From Candidatus Binatia bacterium (GTDB taxonomy: Bacteria; Desulfobacterota; Binatia; HRBIN30): a stretch of 14,220 nucleotides of DNA. The translations under genes and the position numbers were made by a program. The DNA lies in NCBI GenBank assembly GCA_038245295.1, contig JBBRSP010000057.1, forward strand, positions 1-14,220, written 5' to 3'. The notes beneath the pieces were generated by a model. That model worked only from the letters and a program-made list of their open reading frames with translations. It did not search any database and had not been told where the DNA came from. Below, piece by piece: positions 7,226-14,055 of the stretch; positions within the stretch are counted from its first letter, which is position 1; every line of letters starts with the position of its first letter.

Positions 7226-9967
7226 ATGAAACCGATGATTAGTGCGCTCACTGTCGCAACGACGCTTTCGATCATTCTGTACAGTTCTGCAGCATCTGCT
7301 TCAGGAGGAGCGATAAAAGGATTTCTCAAGATTCGTGATGGCGAAGGCGGGCTACCGTCTGGCACTCTTCATGCGGGTGACAACTTCGGCAGCGCAATCA
7401 CAGAAATCGGCGACTTGGACGGAGACAACGTCAAAGAACTGGCCGTGGATGCACTGGCAGATGACAATGGTGATCCGAATCAAGACGCGAATCGCGGCGC
7501 TGTCTGGATCCTTTTCATGAATGCCAACGGCACTGTCAAAACGAACCCCGCACCACAGAAGCTCCCGTCATTCTACGGAACACAGAACGGCGCTTACTTC
7601 GGCTCTGCATTGGCATGGCTGGGAGATCTCGACTCCACCCACCGTAACGCCCTCGCGATCGGCTCTTCTCCAATGGCGGATGTGCTCGTTGCGTTCTTGA
7701 CCTTCGCCGGAGGAACCGTGACGGCGACCTACCAAGATGTTGGTCTACCGACGGACCGCTGCCTTCCGCATTCCCTAGCCTCGATCGGCGACTTCGACCA
7801 CGACGGCGTGCCAGATCTTGCGGTCGGAAACGGATGTGTCGGTTCAAATCAAGGGGCCGTGTACATCGTGCTCCTCAATGCGAACGGAACGAAGCGCACA
7901 TCGACCCAGATTGGACCGTCAGGCTTTAGCCCACCCCTGGATCCTCTCGATGAGTTTGGACTCGGGCTCGCGTGGCTCGGCGATTTGGAGCCAGCGCATC
8001 AACGAGCGTTGGCCGTCGGGGTCCACCAGGACGATTCCGAACGAGGTTCGGTTTACATCCTATTTCTAAATTCGAACGGGACGTTAAACAGCTACACGAG
8101 GATAGGGAATGGAATTGGCGGACTGCCGAATGGAACACTTTCGCCGAATGACTTCTTTGGAAGTGCAATTGCCTCGTTAGGGGATCTTGATGGTGACGGC
8201 GTCCCAGATTTGTCGGTTAGCCTTCCGGGATCAGGGTACGGTCACAAGGGTTCATTGATGACGCTGTATTTGAATAATGATGGCACGGCAAAAGACTTCC
8301 AACGGATCCGCGATGACAACGATGGAACTGGTGGGGGTGCCGATGGCTGCTTCTCGTGCGTGACTGGGGTGGCTGCGTATCTCGGCGAGGCATTGGCGTC
8401 CGTTAGCGATCGTAATGGGGACGGTATCCGAGACCTGGCAGTCCACGGCGGGGAGGGAGGTTCCGCCCCGTTTCAACAAGCGCCTCCCCCTCCCTTCGGC
8501 GGGGTTGTATACGAACTCTTCATGAACAACGGGCCGATGCAACACCCGGTGACCTGTCAACAAGTGTGCGGTGACGGCCTTATTGTTGGCACCGAATCCT
8601 GCGACGACGGAAACACATTACCCGGTGATGGGTGTTCCGCGACTTGCACGATCGAGCCAACCCACTCATGTACGGGTTGCCCGCAGGGTCCTTCCGTCTG
8701 CTATGCCAACACTCCGACGACTACGCCAACCAGATCACCGAGCTCGACGGTAACCAACACACCTACACCAACGAACACCGCGACCCAGACGTCAACCCCA
8801 ACGGACACGCCGACCCAGACCGCAACGTCTACCCCCACGAACACGCGCACATCGACATCAACCGTGACCCTGACAAACACGCCGACTCAAACCGCGACCA
8901 GCACGCTGACGCGAAGCTCGACGCCATCGCGAACCAGCACGTCGACATATACTCCGACGCCAACAGCGACCCCGAGCACTACGGCCACCAATACGCCGAA
9001 CCTGTGCGGCAACGGCAACCCCGACCCTGGCGAGCAATGCGATGATGCCAACGTGCTCAACGGTGACTGCTGCTCGGCAACCTGCACGTTCGAGCCGGCA
9101 GGCCAGGCATGCGACGATGGCCTCACGTGCACAGTCGGCGAAACGTGTGACGGCAAGGGGGTATGTCGGAGCGAACGCTCCGCAGGTCTGTACGCGCTTC
9201 TCGACTGGCGCCCGGCTCATGAGAACGCCACGATGGGAAGGCGGGGTGTGGTCAATGGGCAAGTTTGCACTGGGATGCTCCGGATGGGTGGCGGCAGCCG
9301 TATCAACAACGGCGATCTGGCGTCGCAGGTCACCGTAGGAACCGCGATCAGCTTCGGCAAGCTTACCACCGTCGCAGGGTCAGTGGTGACCGCCGGAGGG
9401 GATATCATCCACCGAGAGCTGGTGGCGGCGGGGGGCGATATCGTCCCCGATCCGATCGGCATGCGGCCAGAACTCGTTGACTGCGCGTTGGCAAGCACGC
9501 AGGCCAGCGACAAGTATTCGGCGCTCATCGCGCTCCCGCCGAACTTCACCTTCCCCTCCCTTACGGTCAAGACGCGCGGTGACGCGCGTATTCCGCCGAG
9601 CGGAGACCTCGGAACCGGCGATGTGGTCGTTCGGGTTGACGAGATCAACATTCATGGTAGCGCGACACTGACGCTGGTTGGCTCACCTGCGACGACGAGC
9701 GTCGCCGTCCGCATTCCTGGCAAACTCAAAGTGGGAAGCCGCGCCGCGATCAAGCTTGAGCATCTAGTACCCGGACAAGTGATCTTCGTCGTCGATGGAA
9801 CGGTGGTGGTCGGTGGCACCGCGACGTTGCCGGGGACGGTACTGGGCACAGGGCGCATGGCGGCCAGACGCCGAGCAAAGGTCGAGGGTGCCTTCTTCGG
9901 CCCCGGGCCAAAGGTCGCTGGCAGTGCCGTTGTCAACCGACAGCCATGGGTTGGATGGTGCGATTGA
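7226..9967 (+). CDS. Secreted FG-GAP repeat protein (gene 3): one six-repeat propeller, DUF4215 repeats around a Thr-rich stalk, DUF3494-like C-terminal domain
   Basis: The ORF track starts at 7064, but in-frame ATG 7226 has a GAGGG RBS and begins a clean signal peptide, MKPMISALTVATTLSIILYSSAASA (913 aa). Six GD(L/F)D.DG.PDLAV-type repeats; CGDG..ESCDDGN..PGDGCSATC; TPT stalk; ends RQPWVGWCD. Confidence 0.92.
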   Translation: MKPMISALTVATTLSIILYSSAASASGGAIKGFLKIRDGEGGLPSGTLHAGDNFGSAITEIGDLDGDNVKELAVDALADDNGDPNQDANRGAVWILFMNANGTVKTNPAPQKLPSFYGTQNGAYFGSALAWLGDLDSTHRNALAIGSSPMADVLVAFLTFAGGTVTATYQDVGLPTDRCLPHSLASIGDFDHDGVPDLAVGNGCVGSNQGAVYIVLLNANGTKRTSTQIGPSGFSPPLDPLDEFGLGLAWLGDLEPAHQRALAVGVHQDDSERGSVYILFLNSNGTLNSYTRIGNGIGGLPNGTLSPNDFFGSAIASLGDLDGDGVPDLSVSLPGSGYGHKGSLMTLYLNNDGTAKDFQRIRDDNDGTGGGADGCFSCVTGVAAYLGEALASVSDRNGDGIRDLAVHGGEGGSAPFQQAPPPPFGGVVYELFMNNGPMQHPVTCQQVCGDGLIVGTESCDDGNTLPGDGCSATCTIEPTHSCTGCPQGPSVCYANTPTTTPTRSPSSTVTNTPTPTNTATQTSTPTDTPTQTATSTPTNTRTSTSTVTLTNTPTQTATSTLTRSSTPSRTSTSTYTPTPTATPSTTATNTPNLCGNGNPDPGEQCDDANVLNGDCCSATCTFEPAGQACDDGLTCTVGETCDGKGVCRSERSAGLYALLDWRPAHENATMGRRGVVNGQVCTGMLRMGGGSRINNGDLASQVTVGTAISFGKLTTVAGSVVTAGGDIIHRELVAAGGDIVPDPIGMRPELVDCALASTQASDKYSALIALPPNFTFPSLTVKTRGDARIPPSGDLGTGDVVVRVDEINIHGSATLTLVGSPATTSVAVRIPGKLKVGSRAAIKLEHLVPGQVIFVVDGTVVVGGTATLPGTVLGTGRMAARRRAKVEGAFFGPGPKVAGSAVVNRQPWVGWCD
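8710..8998 (+). repeat. Thr-rich alternating (T-x)n stalk in gene 3
   Basis: TPTTTPTRSPSSTVTNTPTPTNTATQTSTPTDTPTQTATSTPTNTRTSTSTVTLTNTPTQTATSTLT...; TPTQTATST occurs twice. Confidence 0.9.
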
Positions 9968-10202
9968 TTGGTTAGGGCAGAGTCCACCGCGTTGCAGATG
10001 TTGGAATGACGGAGGCACGCCCTTTCCTCCCGTCCGGGATAGTTGAATTGTCCCAACCCGCTGCTGAAGCCCGCGTGACCCACTAGAGGTCTGCTCTTCA
10101 CGAGCAAGCCGTCGAACTCGGCGACAATCCAACGCCCGCAAAACTCCTAATGCTCAATGCAGTATAGGTGATTTCGCCCTTCTGTGGCGCATTGCACAAC
10201 GC

Positions 10203-11078
10203 CTAGGGCTGCTCAAAGCAATACAAATGGCCCCCGCAGCTGACGTCACAAGCTATTTCTGAAATGGAGGTCCAATAGGCATCACCGACTGTCGAGTTTC
10301 CGTACCCCCCGCCTGCGCCCGAACTCGCGGACCAATTGCTGCAGTTTGGATAGAGGATACTGGTGTCCCGAGTGCCGTCTGGATACGTACCCGTCCACAC
10401 CAAGTTCGTGCAGCTCTGTGTCGATCCGTCTGAAAGCTCGGAGCGGTTGATCTCGTGAGAGATGCTCCCGTCCGTCAAGTCGGCAAGACTATTCGCCACG
10501 AGTCTTCCGTCAAGGAGTTGAAATGGGCCATCGCTCGAGAGGCGATCCCGCGCATCAGTGGAGCCATCAGAAAGCCAAGCTGCCCATCTACCACCCAGCA
10601 ATTGGGCATCTGCGAGTGCTTGGCACTTAGCATCCGCACCTGTCAGACCTCCCAGGTTTCCTTGGTAGGTCACGCTGCTAAGGAAGACCCGACTCCGTCC
10701 GGCCAGTTTGCGCGAGATAGTTGCGGTACAGCTAATGGCTTCTTGCTGGATCGTCGGCTGGTCGCCAAACGTGGGACAACCCGAGCCATAGTTTTTCTCC
10801 GGCTTCGCCCACGCCTTGGAAAGCCGTTCGTCGCAATTGGAAAAGTCTGGGATAAAGAGAGTGGCTCTCCGGGCGGCCCTAACGACTTCGAATATTCTGC
10901 ACCGCTCGTAGTTGGCCGTAATCTTCAGCTTCGCTGCCCGGCAGAGTAAAGCATCATCCACCGCGCGTGCCGTCTCACTGAGGAGCGCCGAGACGAGCAC
11001 CAATGTCATCGCCGCACAAAAGAGATTCTGTCTATTCATTGGCGTGCCAGCCCATCGACGCAGCAGTGAATTGCTCAT
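10203..11078 (-). CDS. Secreted protein (gene 4): 4-Cys, probably helical N-terminal domain plus DUF1554/endostatin-like C-type-lectin-fold domain
   Basis: ATG 11078 has a strong AAAAGGAG RBS (291 aa; ATG 11039 is an alternative). Signal peptide ends TARA|V. C-terminal half RVFLSS..Y.GNLGGLTGADAKCQALA...WAAWLSD...VWTGT..DG...CSNWS...C....LYCFEQ is the DUF1554-type pattern. Confidence 0.85.
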   Translation of the reverse strand: MSNSLLRRWAGTPMNRQNLFCAAMTLVLVSALLSETARAVDDALLCRAAKLKITANYERCRIFEVVRAARRATLFIPDFSNCDERLSKAWAKPEKNYGSGCPTFGDQPTIQQEAISCTATISRKLAGRSRVFLSSVTYQGNLGGLTGADAKCQALADAQLLGGRWAAWLSDGSTDARDRLSSDGPFQLLDGRLVANSLADLTDGSISHEINRSELSDGSTQSCTNLVWTGTYPDGTRDTSILYPNCSNWSASSGAGGGYGNSTVGDAYWTSISEIACDVSCGGHLYCFEQP

Positions 11079-11287
11079 TTGGTCTCCTTTTACCGCGTTC
11101 CCACCGGACTGCGCCTTCTTGACCAGATGATCTATCAAACTGAGCGCCCCCACCCGGCGACGCCGAACCTACTATGAGTCTGAATAGAATTCGGTCGCGC
11201 GATCCGTGTCACAAGAATTGAGCCGCAAGGGCTGGCCACGCACTATCATGCCGACGGTAATGTGCATCGTCACGATGGCGGCACGCC

Positions 11288-13738
11288 CTACCAATCCTGC
11301 CAGGGCAACAAGTTCACATCAGCCTGAGAGCGCACCTGTATCGCCGTGCTGCTCAGTGCCTGGCCGTCGAGCTTGCTATCCCACCCCATAAACACAGCGT
11401 CGCTGCTGAAGGCAGTGCCACGCAAGTACGCGCGCTTGCGTAAGACCGTCTTTCCGTTGACAACCCAGATCACTTGATCGGCCGTCAGCCCACCTGCCAG
11501 CGCAACCGCTCCATCGCGACGTAAGCGCAATTCGCCGCTGACCCGGATGATGACGTCCGTCGTACCGGCAACACCAGATAGAGTCAGGGTCGACTTCGTC
11601 TTTACCAGGACGTTGCCTGTGACATCGATCACGTTCTGACCAGCTACCAGGTTGATCGTCTGCGAACCTTTGACCGGAACCGTAATCGGGCCCATGGTCG
11701 CGGTGGCGGCAAGCCCAATTAGTCCAGCGCGGCGGGTCGCGGCGCGCGTTGATGCAAGATCGCAGTCGCTCAACTCGGCGCGTGTCCCAGAGGTATCCCG
11801 AACGCCACCGATGATGAGGCCGTCAGTCTGCCTCGGCAACGCAATGGTTCCACCACCCGTGATGGCGTCGGCGCTGATGTCGATGCGCTGGCCGAGCGAG
11901 ATGGCGGTGCCAGAGATCTGCGAGGCAATCGCGTCGCCGTCGATGCTTCCGTCACGGCCGACGCGGATGAAATCGGTGCAGACCGGCCCGCCCGCGTGAC
12001 CCACGCGACCAAAGCGACCATCAACGTTGGCCGCGGGCGGCCAACCAAGGACGGCGTAGCCGCTGGGACACTGTTCGAGCGGCACCGGAGTGTGTGCACA
12101 TACACCGGCACCATCACACAGATCGTCGGTACACACCTTCCCATCGTCGTCACACGTCGCCATCGTGAAGAGGCACTCGACACAACACGGATCCGCAGTC
12201 TCCCCCGGATCGCACTGCTCGGCCGTACCGACGACACCGTCACCACAAATTCCGGCTGGGAGACCGACCTGGCAGCTATTGTCGCAGCCGTCATCGTTAA
12301 TGAGATTGCCGTCGTCGCACTCCTCCGGCGCCGTCACGACACCATCGCCGCAGATCGTGCAGGAGTTGGTACACCCATCAGTTGCAACCTGGTTGCCGTC
12401 GTCGCACTGCTCCGGCGGGGTCAGGATGCCGTTACCACAGGCCGTCCGCGTGCAGTTGCTGTCGCAGCCGTCTCCGTCGACCTGGTTCCCGTCGTCACAC
12501 TCCTCAGAGTTAGTGGCGACACCGTTGCCACAGCCGGTCGGCGTGCAATTCGTATCGCAACCGTCGCCGTTGATCAGGTTTCCGTCGTCGCATTGCTCGC
12601 CCGAGGTAAGGACGCCGTTGCCGCAGCGGGTCGTCTTGCAGTTGATGTCGCAACCGTCGTCACTGGTCACGTTGCCATCGTCGCACTCTTCACCGGCGCT
12701 GACGACTCCGTTGCCGCACGCCGTCTGCGTACAATTGTTGTCGCAACCGTCGCCGTTCAGCGTATTGCCATCGTCGCACTGCTCGCCGGTCGTGACAACG
12801 CCATTTCCACAGCGGGTGGTCTTGCAGTTCGAGTCGCAGCCGTCGCCGCTGATCGTATTGCCGTCATCACACTCTTCACCCGCGTTGAGAGCACCGTTGC
12901 CACAACGCGGCGGGATCGGCGGCGCACTGTGTGTCAGGGCATCTGACGTGATCAGGCGGCCAGCTTCTCCGGAACAGATCGGGTTCGGATCGTTGTCGAT
13001 GCCGAATCCCGCGGCACCGCTGACGAAACCGGACATGCCCAGATCGTGATTGTAGATGAACACGACAAGCTCACCCTTGTTGAGGCTAAAACCGTCCGCC
13101 GGCTCCGTGGCGCAGGTGGTCGTATTGATCGTCGGCGTGCTGGTACAGAGTGGCGGATTGCCTGCGGAAGGAAGCCCGAAGCCGTAGGTTGTGAATTGGG
13201 TTGCGCCGGCGCACGCGGCCGTGACGTTGGTATGCACGCAAGCGGCAGGAACGCTTCCGCCGCTGCTCGATAGGGAGAATGTACTCTGAACATTCGGCGC
13301 GCCAACACAGTCAGCAGGGTCACGGCAGACAGTCAGGCGTCCGGGTCCGGCGCCGATCGTGAAGCGACCACCGTGACCAGGGTCGAAGTCGACAACGAGG
13401 CCGCCCGGTGGCCCCATAATCCCCGATCGAATCGTCGAGGTGTACGCGTGCAGCGTCTGCATGGCGAGTGGATTCACGCCGACAAGCGCTGAGATCGACG
13501 ACCCGGAGAAGATCGGCGGACTCGTGCACCCGAGAACACTATTCGTCCCGCCGGCGACCGATGTCACACGCATCCTGTCGACACCACCCACCAAGTTCGT
13601 GTCGTCGACTGCGATCACCTCGTAAACCGTGCCGTCGTCAGCACGCTGGGTAAGGCCCATATTGAGCTGCGCCGCTGCCGGCAGCGCCGCAATTACAATC
13701 GAACCAACGAGTATGCCACGCCTCAACAACATCTGCAT
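11288..13738 (-). CDS. Secreted protein (gene 5): head domain paralogous to gene 1, eight tandem DUF4215 (Myxococcus Cys-rich) repeats, DUF3494-like C-terminal domain
   Basis: The ORF track starts at 13936, but in-frame ATG 13738 follows GGGGGTAAA and begins a signal peptide, MQMLLRRGILVGSIVIAALPAAA|Q (816 aa). Repeats CGNG....E(E/Q)CDDGN...GDGCD.NC; tail VALAGGLTADQVIWVVNGKTVLRKRAYLRGTAFS; ends LLPWQDW. Confidence 0.92.
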   Translation of the reverse strand: MQMLLRRGILVGSIVIAALPAAAQLNMGLTQRADDGTVYEVIAVDDTNLVGGVDRMRVTSVAGGTNSVLGCTSPPIFSGSSISALVGVNPLAMQTLHAYTSTIRSGIMGPPGGLVVDFDPGHGGRFTIGAGPGRLTVCRDPADCVGAPNVQSTFSLSSSGGSVPAACVHTNVTAACAGATQFTTYGFGLPSAGNPPLCTSTPTINTTTCATEPADGFSLNKGELVVFIYNHDLGMSGFVSGAAGFGIDNDPNPICSGEAGRLITSDALTHSAPPIPPRCGNGALNAGEECDDGNTISGDGCDSNCKTTRCGNGVVTTGEQCDDGNTLNGDGCDNNCTQTACGNGVVSAGEECDDGNVTSDDGCDINCKTTRCGNGVLTSGEQCDDGNLINGDGCDTNCTPTGCGNGVATNSEECDDGNQVDGDGCDSNCTRTACGNGILTPPEQCDDGNQVATDGCTNSCTICGDGVVTAPEECDDGNLINDDGCDNSCQVGLPAGICGDGVVGTAEQCDPGETADPCCVECLFTMATCDDDGKVCTDDLCDGAGVCAHTPVPLEQCPSGYAVLGWPPAANVDGRFGRVGHAGGPVCTDFIRVGRDGSIDGDAIASQISGTAISLGQRIDISADAITGGGTIALPRQTDGLIIGGVRDTSGTRAELSDCDLASTRAATRRAGLIGLAATATMGPITVPVKGSQTINLVAGQNVIDVTGNVLVKTKSTLTLSGVAGTTDVIIRVSGELRLRRDGAVALAGGLTADQVIWVVNGKTVLRKRAYLRGTAFSSDAVFMGWDSKLDGQALSSTAIQVRSQADVNLLPWQDW
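12173..12904 (-). repeat. Tandem array of DUF4215 repeats (mostly 93 bp / 31 aa; seven full and one degenerate)
   Basis: CGNGALNAGEECDDGNTISGDGCDSNCKTTR / CGNGVVTTGEQCDDGNTLNGDGCDNNCTQTA / CGNGVVSAGEECDDGNVTSDDGCDINCKTTR, and so on. Confidence 0.95.
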
Positions 13739-13831
13739 TTTACCCCCGATCGGAAGTCGCATATCCCGTGAACTGCCTCTGGCCCCAAGCGTTGCGGTGG
13801 TTCGGCCGATACCCCGCTCCGACGGGCAAGT

Positions 13832-13847
13832 CAAACAAATCTGTTTG
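13832..13847. promoter_or_regulatory. AT-rich palindrome upstream of gene 5, candidate regulator site
   Basis: CAAACA-AATC-TGTTTG, about 95 bp upstream of ATG 13738; stands out in GC-rich DNA. Confidence 0.35.
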
Positions 13848-13945
13848 CCATGTGGGTGGCACTCAACGGATGCGCTGGGCGCAAAGGATGGGGACCGCTC
13901 GGCGGGCGGCAGTGCTTGCATCGACAGTCTGTCCACTTTAGAAAA

Positions 13946-13970
13946 GTGGGCGGTTCTCGAACCGCCCTAC
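13946..13970 (-). repeat. GTAG-tagged REP-like palindrome
   Basis: Minus strand reads GTA-GGGCGGTTC-GA-GAACCGCCC-AC, a perfect 9-bp inverted repeat (13948-13956 / 13959-13967) starting in GTAG, the layout of GTAG-family REPs. Confidence 0.6.
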
Positions 13971-14055
13971 AGTGCAGGGCGATCGCGTCCGCGTGTAATC
14001 GTCCGCAGCATGCGCGCAGGATGATCTGGCGCCCGCGGCCCGCTAAAGGCGCCGC

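Noticed and set aside
9968..10202. Terminator or ncRNA between convergent genes 3 and 4 (GGAGG...CCTCC at 10011-10030; GGGATAGTT-G-AATTGTCCC at 10036-10054)
   Set aside because: Weak or imperfect stems with no U-tract and no recognisable RNA family.
10203..10340. DGR variable region at the end of the C-type-lectin-fold gene
   Set aside because: No reverse transcriptase and no adenine-mismatched template repeat found in the window.
11277..11291. GTAG-GGCG-TGC-CGCC at the gene 5 stop (and GTAGGAGCG at the gene 2 stop) as further REPs
   Set aside because: GTAG arises from the terminal TGG TAG codons and the stems are too short to be convincing.
12173..12904. CRISPR-like periodicity
   Set aside because: The repeats are in-frame coding units with synonymous variation, with no fixed repeat plus unique spacer structure and no cas genes.
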